In this document: positions 46,443 through 54,677 of the stretch, one piece after another
How the letters are laid out: every line of letters begins with the position of its first letter
Position numbering within the stretch: position 1 is the first letter of the stretch
Source of the DNA: Desulfomonilia bacterium
Lineage (GTDB): Bacteria; Desulfobacterota; Desulfomonilia; UBA1062
Direction of reading: 5' to 3'
DNA length: 64,000 nucleotides
NCBI GenBank assembly: GCA_050014195.1
Contig: JBEKDT010000006.1
Location: 154,645-218,644, forward strand
Translations under genes and position numbers: made by a program
The notes under the pieces: model-generated
The model's database searches: none
What the model saw: the letters and a program-made list of their open reading frames with translations, nothing else
What the model was told of the DNA's origin: nothing

Positions 46443-48269
46443 ATGAATAATATTTCAGAAGCGCAGATCAAGGAACTTGATAAGTACTTTACAAGTCCGA
46501 ACAACCTCGTAGATCTCTTTGAGCAGGGTGTGAAAAAGTGGCCGGACAACAAGCTCTTCGGCACGAAAAACCAGGCTACCGACCAGTACGAGTGGGTTAC
46601 ATACGCGCAGGTGGCCGAGAGGGTCAACAACCTCCGTGGCGCCTTGAAAAAACTAGGTTTATCCAAAGGTGAGTCCGTGGGCGTCATCCTCAACAATTGC
46701 GCGGAATGGTTCATTTGCGAACAGGCTGTCCACGGCCTAGGTGGTGTTTTTGTTCCCATGTATTTACAGGAACTCCAGAAAGTCATGAAGTACGTTGTTA
46801 CCGACGCCGCAGTTAAAATCCTCTTTGTCCGGGATGCCAGCATCTATGAAAAGGTCAAAGATTTCAAAAAAGATATTCCCACTCTCAAAGAAATTTATAT
46901 TGTTTACGGAGAAGGCGAGAATTCTCTTAAGGCCCTGGAAGAAATGGGCAAGAAAAATCCCACGCCGTCCATTAAGCCTCACTGGTCAGAGTTGGCCAAT
47001 ATCATATACACCTCCGGCACCACCGGCGATCCGAAAGGTGTTGAGCTCTCTCACGGCAATCTTACTTTGCCCCCACGTACCGGCGCGGAATCATTCGGGC
47101 TGGATGAAACCATGCATGTTGTGGCGCTTCTTCCCTGGGCGCACGTATTTGGTCTGGCCGTTGACCTACACTGTTACATTAGTTGCGGCGGCGGTATAGC
47201 TTTTGCCGAATCCGTGGAAAAACTGGTGCAGAACTTCAAGGAAGTCAAGCCCACGGGGCTCTCCGTCGTTCCACGCGTCGTTAACAAGATTTATGATACT
47301 ATTCAACAGGGGGTTAACGCTGATCCGGTTAAAAAGCAATTCTTCGATTTGGCAGTCGCGGAAGCTATCAAAAACAGAGACTTGAAGGAAAAAACAAAGG
47401 AGTTTAATGATTACGATGCGCTGGTCTTTTCTCAGGTACGCAATGTTTTCGGCGGCAATCTGAAGTTCTTCGTGAGCGGCAGCGCGCTTCTGAAACCGGA
47501 AATTGCTCTGTTCTTCAAAGATATCGGCCAGCCGACCTACGATGGCTATGGCCTTACGGAAACAGCGCCCATCATCTCCTCCAATAACCCCACAACCGGC
47601 AACAAATTGGGAACCGTCGGCAAGCCGGTTAAAAACATGCACGTAGTGATCGACAAATCACGAGTCGGTGAAGACAGCCTTGACGGAGAAATATGCGCTT
47701 ATGGTGCTCATGTTATGATGGGCTACCACAATAAGCCAGATAAGACGGCAGAAATCATGATGCCGGATACATGGAATGGTTTCCCCGGTATCCGCACAGG
47801 TGACCGCGGCTGGATCGATGAAGAAGGTTACCTGCATATTACCGGCCGCTTCAAGGACGAATACAAGCTGGCCAATGGCAAGTATGTCCACCCGGATAGC
47901 ATTGAAAATGAAGTAAGGCTACTGCGCTACGTCCTCAACGTGATACTTTACGGCGAGGGTAAAGACTACAATGTGGCCATCATTGTTACCGACTTTGCCG
48001 CACTAAAAGCCGATCCAAACATCAAGCAGTTGTTGAAAGACACACTGGAAGAATCCCTGAAGAACAAAGATTTGCAGGATTATCTGTCGAAAGATATCAC
48101 GGCTCATCTGCGCAAAACCTTCGGTGGCTATGAAGTGCCGCAGAAGTTTCTTTTCATAGCAGAGGATTTCACGGTGGAAAACGGTATGCTTACCCAGACC
48201 ATGAAGCTTATCAGGCGTAATGTCATGAAGAAATACGGTAGCCAGCTCCAGGCCCTCTATGAGGACTAG
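46443..48269 (+). CDS. Long-chain fatty-acid--CoA ligase
   Basis: YTSGTTGDPKG, LPWAHVF, GYGLTET, RTGD, TGRFKD, LTQTMK. Confidence 0.92.
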   Translation: MNNISEAQIKELDKYFTSPNNLVDLFEQGVKKWPDNKLFGTKNQATDQYEWVTYAQVAERVNNLRGALKKLGLSKGESVGVILNNCAEWFICEQAVHGLGGVFVPMYLQELQKVMKYVVTDAAVKILFVRDASIYEKVKDFKKDIPTLKEIYIVYGEGENSLKALEEMGKKNPTPSIKPHWSELANIIYTSGTTGDPKGVELSHGNLTLPPRTGAESFGLDETMHVVALLPWAHVFGLAVDLHCYISCGGGIAFAESVEKLVQNFKEVKPTGLSVVPRVVNKIYDTIQQGVNADPVKKQFFDLAVAEAIKNRDLKEKTKEFNDYDALVFSQVRNVFGGNLKFFVSGSALLKPEIALFFKDIGQPTYDGYGLTETAPIISSNNPTTGNKLGTVGKPVKNMHVVIDKSRVGEDSLDGEICAYGAHVMMGYHNKPDKTAEIMMPDTWNGFPGIRTGDRGWIDEEGYLHITGRFKDEYKLANGKYVHPDSIENEVRLLRYVLNVILYGEGKDYNVAIIVTDFAALKADPNIKQLLKDTLEESLKNKDLQDYLSKDITAHLRKTFGGYEVPQKFLFIAEDFTVENGMLTQTMKLIRRNVMKKYGSQLQALYED

Positions 48270-48306
48270 ATCCACATGAATGCATGGTAACCAAAAGGTG
48301 ATTCTC

Positions 48307-49191
48307 ATGTCGGATGTCAAGACAGCCCTGGTTGTGGAAGGCGGAGGGATGCGCGGCATCTTTGCAGCCGGCGTGCTCGATGCGTTCCTCAAGGAGCACT
48401 TCAATCCCTTCGACCTTCTCATCGGAGTGTCTGCAGGGGCGATCACGCTCGCTTCTTACCTGTCCGGACAATATCAGAGGTATTACCGGATCATCACGGG
48501 CCCCATGAACATGAAGGAATTCTTAAGCTTCAGGCGGTTTGTCAGAGGCGGCCACCTCATGGATCTGGATTGGCTCTGGAAATATGCAGCCGAGCATGAG
48601 CCCCTCGATACAAAGGCCGCCACCGGGAACCCTGCCCATGAATACCTCGTGGGTGTGACCGATGCCCTGACTGGGGAGCCGGTATTCGTGCATCCTGATA
48701 AAGACACACTCTCGCACTACCTGAAGGCATCGAGCGCCCTGCCGGTGATCTACCGTGACTTCGTCGAGGTTCAGGGCAGGCGGGTCGCCGACGGCGGAGT
48801 GGCGGAGCCTTTGCCCATACGGGAGGCATATCTCCGTGGCGCACGGAAGATAGTCGTCATCCGCACCCGTCCGGCAAACGCCTCCAAAGGATGCTTCCTG
48901 GACTCGATTCTGGCCTTCTTCTTTCTGCGGGGCTACCCAGCGCTTCGCGCCAGGATCCATCGCCTCAACCGTGCATACCGGGATGCCGTCCGGTTCATCC
49001 GGTACCCTCCCCCGGATGCATCGATCTGTGAGATAGCGCCTATAAGACCTCTTCGTTCCGGGCGTCTATCCATGGGTGACGTATCCATAGAAGCGGATTA
49101 CAGGATGGGAAGAAAGGCGGGAGAGGATTTCCTCTCCCATTGGCTGATACATGCAGGAGAAACATTTCATAAAGGAGAGATTTCCCCATGA
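48307..49191 (+). CDS. Patatin-like phospholipase
   Basis: EGGGMRG, GVSAG nucleophile, ASSALP, DGG. Confidence 0.92.
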   Translation: MSDVKTALVVEGGGMRGIFAAGVLDAFLKEHFNPFDLLIGVSAGAITLASYLSGQYQRYYRIITGPMNMKEFLSFRRFVRGGHLMDLDWLWKYAAEHEPLDTKAATGNPAHEYLVGVTDALTGEPVFVHPDKDTLSHYLKASSALPVIYRDFVEVQGRRVADGGVAEPLPIREAYLRGARKIVVIRTRPANASKGCFLDSILAFFFLRGYPALRARIHRLNRAYRDAVRFIRYPPPDASICEIAPIRPLRSGRLSMGDVSIEADYRMGRKAGEDFLSHWLIHAGETFHKGEISP

Positions 49192-49250
49192 ATATCGACG
49201 ATATCAAGACTATCTGCATTATCGGCGCCGGGAAGGAGATGCGAACATGA
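49188..49250 (+). pseudogene. Internally deleted remnant of a 3-hydroxyacyl-CoA dehydrogenase gene (20 codons)
   Basis: MNIDDIKTICIIGAG-KEMRT*; own AAGGAG RBS; ATGA overlaps with both neighbours. Confidence 0.7.
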
Positions 49251-50017
49251 AGGCAGAATACCTTTTACTCGCCGTTGACGCACGGGTGGCAACAGTCACC
49301 ATCAATCGCCCAGACAAGGGAAACTCCCTGGCCCCCGAGGTCCTTGAGGAGATCGAGGAGATGTTTTCCGCTCTGGCGGCCCGGGAAGATGTGAACGTCA
49401 TCGTATTGACCGGCGGAGAAAAATACTTTTCCGCAGGGTTTGACCTGACTGTCATCAGAAAGCTGGAGAAGGTCTCCAACGAAGCCTATACGGCCTTGTT
49501 CCAGAGGGCCTACCGTTCGATCCTGTTCTGCAGCCAGCCTGTTATCTGCGCCGTGGGAGGGCCTGCCATTGCAGGTGGTTTCGATCTGACCCAGATGTGT
49601 GACATCCGTTACGCATCACAGCGGGCGAAGTTCGGGCAGCGGGAGATCGTTCTGTCATTGACCCCCATCATCGATCCCCTCTGGAGGATCATCGGTTTGG
49701 GGAACGCCCTTGAGGTGGCCCTGACGGGACGGATCTACGATGCCGTTGAAGCCATGCGCATGGGGTATGTCACCAAGGTTTTTTCCGAGGGCAGGCTCCT
49801 CGAGGAAGTGGGTGCCATTGCCCGCGAGATGGCGTCCTATGATCGCGGCTGCCTGAAGGAGACAAAGCAGCTGGCACACAATCTCTTAGGCGCGGGCCTG
49901 GATGATGCCATGAGAGTCCAGGAATGGCTCTTCAGGACGTATATCGGCTCCAAGGACAATCATGAGCGGATAGATGCGCTCCAGGAGAAACTGGCGGCCA
50001 TGAGAAAGAAGAGATAA
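49247..50017 (+). CDS. Crotonase-family protein (non-canonical; possible isomerase)
   Basis: FSAGFDL, AGGFDL (Asp at first Glu site), FGQREI; AAGGAG RBS before 49247. Confidence 0.85.
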   Translation: MKAEYLLLAVDARVATVTINRPDKGNSLAPEVLEEIEEMFSALAAREDVNVIVLTGGEKYFSAGFDLTVIRKLEKVSNEAYTALFQRAYRSILFCSQPVICAVGGPAIAGGFDLTQMCDIRYASQRAKFGQREIVLSLTPIIDPLWRIIGLGNALEVALTGRIYDAVEAMRMGYVTKVFSEGRLLEEVGAIAREMASYDRGCLKETKQLAHNLLGAGLDDAMRVQEWLFRTYIGSKDNHERIDALQEKLAAMRKKR

Positions 50018-50101
50018 TCCGTCTCATACTTTGTGGTACCATTCTCGAACACGATACCATGATTACTGAGACGGAAGGAAATGAAGGTGCCGGAGGACTA
50101 T

Positions 50102-51568
50102 ATGAGCAAACTGATGAATGCGAAAGAGTATGAAGAGAGTCTGAGGAAGCTGAAGCTGAACGTGTACATGTTCGGCAAGAAGGTAGAAAACGTAGTGGAT
50201 GACCCGATAATAAGGCCCTCCATGAATGCGGTGGCCGCCACCTACGAATTTGCCCACAGGCCGGAATATGAAGATATCATGACCGCCAAGTCCCATATCA
50301 CGGGCAAGAAGATCAACCGCTTCACCCATATTCACCAGAGCGTGGAAGACCTGGTGAAGAAGAGCAAGATGGGAAGGCTCCTGGGGTCTCTGACCGCCTG
50401 CTGCTTTCAGCGCTGCGTGGGCATGGACGCCATGAATTCGCTTTCTATCGTAACCTATGCCATAGATCAGAAGTGCGGCACGGAGTATAACAAGCGTTTT
50501 CTGAAATATCTCGAATACGTTCAGGAGAACGACCTGGTCTGTGACGGTGCCATGACCGACACCAAGGGTGACCGTTCCCAGCCTCCTCACAAGCAGTTTG
50601 ACCAGGATATGTTTCTCCATGTGGTGGAAGAGAAGAAGGACGGCATCGTGGTCAGGGGGTCGAAGGCCCATCAGACCGGTGCGGTCAACTCTCACGAGAT
50701 CATCGTAATGCCCACCATCACCATGCGGGAAGAGGACAAGGATTTCGCGGTTGCCTTTGCGCTTCCCAGCGATACCAAAGGCATCACCTATATCATGGGC
50801 CGGCAGTCCTGCGACACGCGGAAGCTCGAAGGAATGACCTTTGATCGCGGCAACATGTTCTACGGCGGTCATGAGGCCCTGGTGGTCTTTGATAATGTGT
50901 TTGTGCCCTGGGAGCGGGTCTTCATGTATAAGGAGTATGACTTCACGACCCAGCTCGTCGAGAGCTTCTCTGCGTACCACCGTCAGAGCTACGCGTGCAA
51001 GGTAGGGGTGGGCGATGTGCTCATCGGCGCGACGCAGACCGTTGCGGAGTACAACGGGGCAGAAAAGGCATCGCACGTCAAAGACAAGATCGTGGAGATG
51101 AACCACCTGAACGAGACGCTGTTCTGCGGCTGCATCGCCTGTGCATCCGAGGGGCACCGTGAGGCGAGCGGGACCTATCTTGTGGATGTTCTTCTGGCCA
51201 ATGTGCACAAGCAGAATGTCACGCGGTTCCCCTATGAGATCGCCAGACTTGCCCAGGACATCGCGGGCGGTGTGGTGGTCACCTGTCCATCGGAAGCCGA
51301 CCTTAACTCGCCGGTGGTGGGTAAGTGGGTGAAGAAATACTATCAGACAAAGGCGGACTTCCCCACAGAATACCGGATGAGGATATTGAGGCTTATCGAA
51401 AACATCACCATGGGCACTGCAGCAGTGGGTTACCTCACCGAGTCCATGCATGGGGCGGGCTCACCACAGGCGCAGCGGATCATGATCGCCAGGCTTGTAA
51501 ACATGAAGCAGAAGCAGAAGATTGCGAAAGAACTGTGCGGGATCGTCAAGGGCGACCAGATACGATAG
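50102..51568 (+). CDS. abfD: 4-hydroxybutyryl-CoA dehydratase / vinylacetyl-CoA isomerase
   Basis: CFQRC (CX3C) and HRQSYAC Fe-S ligands; AMTD.KGDR, KAHQTG, ESMHGAGSPQAQ. Confidence 0.9.
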   Translation: MSKLMNAKEYEESLRKLKLNVYMFGKKVENVVDDPIIRPSMNAVAATYEFAHRPEYEDIMTAKSHITGKKINRFTHIHQSVEDLVKKSKMGRLLGSLTACCFQRCVGMDAMNSLSIVTYAIDQKCGTEYNKRFLKYLEYVQENDLVCDGAMTDTKGDRSQPPHKQFDQDMFLHVVEEKKDGIVVRGSKAHQTGAVNSHEIIVMPTITMREEDKDFAVAFALPSDTKGITYIMGRQSCDTRKLEGMTFDRGNMFYGGHEALVVFDNVFVPWERVFMYKEYDFTTQLVESFSAYHRQSYACKVGVGDVLIGATQTVAEYNGAEKASHVKDKIVEMNHLNETLFCGCIACASEGHREASGTYLVDVLLANVHKQNVTRFPYEIARLAQDIAGGVVVTCPSEADLNSPVVGKWVKKYYQTKADFPTEYRMRILRLIENITMGTAAVGYLTESMHGAGSPQAQRIMIARLVNMKQKQKIAKELCGIVKGDQIR

Positions 51569-51581
51569 AAAGGAGCACTGT

Positions 51582-52793
51582 ATGAAAAACAAAGATGATG
51601 TGGTTATCGTAAGCGGGGTACGAACACCCTTTTCCAAGTTCGGCGGGATGCTCAAGGAGATACACAGTACTGACCTCGGGGTCATCGTGATCAAAGAAAG
51701 CCTGAGGCGCGCGGGGCTGAAAGGCGAGGACCTGGACGAGCTGTACTACGGCATGTGCGACCAGGCCGAGGCTGCACTCTATGATAATGTGAATGCCAGG
51801 CAGGCACTCCTGCGGGCAGGGCTGCCCAATACGCTGGTATCCCTGACCATCGACCGGGCATGCTGCTCGTCTCTCTGCGCGGTTCAGCTGGGCCGCAGGG
51901 CCATCCTCCTGGGTGAGGCGGATACCTGCATGGCAGTGGGGGCCGAGAACATGAGCAACACGCCGCTTCTCATAAATAACCACCGCTGGGGCTCCGGCAT
52001 GAAACCGCTTCTTGTACAGGATTATCTGAACCCCATCACCTACCGGGAATATACCCCACTGGGAAAAGATGCGGGCGAGATCGCCATCGAATACGGTATA
52101 TCGAGGGAAGAGCAGGACTCATGGGCGGTAGGGTCCCACAGGAAGTGGGCCCGGGCCGACAAGGAAGGCCTGTTTACCGATGAGCTGGTGCCTGTCGAAA
52201 TCCCCGGCAAAAAAGGGGTGAGCATCATGTTCGCTCAAGACGAGCTGCCCAGGCCCAATACAACAGTGGAAGCCTTGGCAAAACTGAAGACCATCTACGG
52301 CAGCCCAACGGTCACAGCGGGCAATGCCCCTGGCCTGGACGCCGGGGCCACGGCCGTGATCATCATGAGGCGGTCCAAGGCGGAGGCATTGGGGGTAAAA
52401 CCCTTGGCTACCATCGTGTCCGTGGCGAGCGGGGCGAGCGAGCCCAGGAGGATGGCAGAGCTGCCCGGGTTCGTCATCCAGAAAGCATTGCAGCGGGCAT
52501 CGCTTTCCATCGATGACATGAAGGTCATAGAGATCAATGAGGCCTTTGCCGCAGTTACCCTGGTATCAACAAAAATACTGGCTGATCGGGATGAGCAGAA
52601 GTGGCGCTCTCTCCTGGAGCGGACCAACCCCAACGGCGGTGCCATTGCCATCGGCCATCCGGTGGGTGCCAGCGGAGGCCGCATTTTAATGAACATGATG
52701 TACGAACTGCGCCGCAGGGGAGGCGGCTACGGAGTCGCAGGCATCTGCGGGGGTCTTGCCCAGGGGGATGCCGTGGTGATCCGGGTAGATTAA
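51582..52793 (+). CDS. Thiolase (acetyl-CoA C-acyltransferase)
   Basis: RACCSS, TAGNA, EINEAFA, GHPVGASG, CGG. Confidence 0.93.
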   Translation: MKNKDDVVIVSGVRTPFSKFGGMLKEIHSTDLGVIVIKESLRRAGLKGEDLDELYYGMCDQAEAALYDNVNARQALLRAGLPNTLVSLTIDRACCSSLCAVQLGRRAILLGEADTCMAVGAENMSNTPLLINNHRWGSGMKPLLVQDYLNPITYREYTPLGKDAGEIAIEYGISREEQDSWAVGSHRKWARADKEGLFTDELVPVEIPGKKGVSIMFAQDELPRPNTTVEALAKLKTIYGSPTVTAGNAPGLDAGATAVIIMRRSKAEALGVKPLATIVSVASGASEPRRMAELPGFVIQKALQRASLSIDDMKVIEINEAFAAVTLVSTKILADRDEQKWRSLLERTNPNGGAIAIGHPVGASGGRILMNMMYELRRRGGGYGVAGICGGLAQGDAVVIRVD

Positions 52794-52803
52794 TTTCAAA
52801 CAA

Positions 52804-52841
52804 TATTCAGTATCCGGTATTTCTGAATCGGATACTGAATA
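52804..52841 (+). terminator. 13-bp stem hairpin ending the beta-oxidation operon
   Basis: TATTCAGTATCCG ... CGGATACTGAATA. Confidence 0.6.
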
Positions 52842-53414
52842 CTGTCTTTAATTCTGGGCAGTGCAAAGTTCTCAACAGGATTGCAAGTTATTCTTGCAAG
52901 CTTGCAAGAGCAAGAGAGAGATCTACTCACTCCCCATTAAGCTTTTTGAATAGCTGGAAGTTTGTAAATGCTAAGCGACCATTTTATATCCTTTGCCTTG
53001 ACGATTTCTGTTATGTATCTGAAATTAATTATATACAGGTATTGTGCTTGACCACTTCCATCTGAAGATGCGGGCATCCCCGTGTTTGATAAGATGAACC
53101 GTACTGTCTCCGTCCTGTCTATGATGAAGCGTGAGTTACATGGCCCGGGAGGATTTGCATAAGGTTTTTTAAGGAACGGATCCTGCCGGCAAGACGGCAA
53201 TGGCGAATCTTCGGACAGGAGAGGGCATGCTGGTCAACATCTCTGCAGACCGCTAAATTATGACTTGTCAATTCATGGCATTTATGGATAGTTAGGGAAT
53301 AATGAAAGTTCATTTATATAGTCTCTTGGAGCAGATTAAAATTATCCCGTTAACAAGGACGATTGATGTGGAATGGGCATCTTTGACGATTACATTTACA
53401 AAAGGAGCGTTTGT

Positions 53415-54428
53415 ATGAAAAGAGGCGGTTTCTGCATCGTCTTATTATTTGTCCTTGTAATTTTTTCCATTCCCTGTCTCGCTGCCGAGAAGACCTACCG
53501 GATAGAGGTACTTCAGGTCACGGCCATTGAGCCTTTCAAGAACGCCTACAACGGCTTCGTCAAGGAGCTGGAGAAGAACGGCATTGTCAAAGGCCAAAAC
53601 CTCACCATCAACCGCACGATCATCGACTTTGATGTCGAGAAGTCAGGCCTGTGGAAGAAGATCGGCCTTCTCTTAAGGATCAGGAGCGAGGCCTCCCGCA
53701 TAGCCGCTGAGAAGCCCGACCTCGTACTCACCATCGGGACACCGGCCACGAAGTACGGCAAGGACAAGATCATAGCGGCAGGCATCCCTGTGGTATTCAC
53801 TGCAGTCGCCATACCCACTGCTGCAGGGTGCAAGTCGGTGACAGAGGCAGGGCCTGGCTTTACGGGTGCGACCCTGTGGATGGACATGAACGGCGTGGTC
53901 AAAATCATGAGGCTCGCCTTCCCCAAGGCCAAGAGCATCGGGGTCATCCACAGTGAGGACGACAACGCCGTTGCACAGGTGGAGGAGTTGAAAAAGAGCG
54001 CCCCGTCTGCCGGTTTTACCGTCCTCTCCAGGCAGATAGACAAGAATGCCCACATCACCTCTGTTGCCCAAGAGCTGAACAAACAAATAGACCTCTCAGT
54101 CATCCCGCTCGACACCTACTATGCCATGAGAAATAACGAGGCTTCCAAAGAGCTCCGGGATCTGAACACGACCATGAAGATACCCGGCGTCGTCCTTGCA
54201 TACGTAAAGGTTCCGGGCGGCGTCCTCTATATCGGGTCCGACTTTGCGAACATCGGGGCACTCTCCGGCCGGCATGCAGCCAAGATCCTCAAGGAAGGGG
54301 TGAAACCGGAGACCCTCCCGGTAATGCGGCAGGAGGACCTCGGCATCATGGTCGATACGAAAGAAATGAAAGCACTCGGTGTCGAGCTACCCATGGGAAT
54401 CCTGCAGCTAGCCAAGTCTGTTGAGTAG
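53415..54428 (+). CDS. ABC-type substrate-binding protein, paralog of 41494..42510, orphan
   Basis: Shares YRIEVLQV, NLTINR.IIDFD, WKKIG, GCKS.TEAGPGFTGATL with the first copy. Confidence 0.85.
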   Translation: MKRGGFCIVLLFVLVIFSIPCLAAEKTYRIEVLQVTAIEPFKNAYNGFVKELEKNGIVKGQNLTINRTIIDFDVEKSGLWKKIGLLLRIRSEASRIAAEKPDLVLTIGTPATKYGKDKIIAAGIPVVFTAVAIPTAAGCKSVTEAGPGFTGATLWMDMNGVVKIMRLAFPKAKSIGVIHSEDDNAVAQVEELKKSAPSAGFTVLSRQIDKNAHITSVAQELNKQIDLSVIPLDTYYAMRNNEASKELRDLNTTMKIPGVVLAYVKVPGGVLYIGSDFANIGALSGRHAAKILKEGVKPETLPVMRQEDLGIMVDTKEMKALGVELPMGILQLAKSVE

Positions 54429-54435
54429 CATTATC

Positions 54436-54469
54436 CCGCTGCACCGGAGACTTAAATCCGGTGCAGCGG
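54436..54469 (+). terminator. 13-bp GC-rich hairpin after SBP gene
   Basis: CCGCTGCACCGGA-8nt-TCCGGTGCAGCGG. Confidence 0.55.
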
Positions 54470-54677
54470 CACACAGCCTAGGGCGGATATATTCACCATG
54501 TTTGCAACGGTTGGGATGAATAGCCCTTTGATCAGGCGAGATGCACATGCCCTCAAATATCGATATCAAGATCCTTTCTCTCAGGCCCGGCAGGACGTCA
54601 TATAATGTCTTTATATCCCAACGAGAAAATTTTGAAATTATATACACTACATTACCTGCTGTGCAGGTGAATTACAG

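Noticed and set aside
49151-49246. N-terminal extension of the crotonase in the ORF track
   Set aside because: Overlaps patatin and the dehydrogenase scar; RBS supports start at 49247.
50063-51451. 462 aa antisense ORF
   Set aside because: Shadow of abfD; no motifs; explained by codon bias of the sense gene.
50102-51568. 4-hydroxyphenylacetate 3-hydroxylase
   Set aside because: Fe-S ligands CX3C and H..C are present, diagnostic of AbfD.
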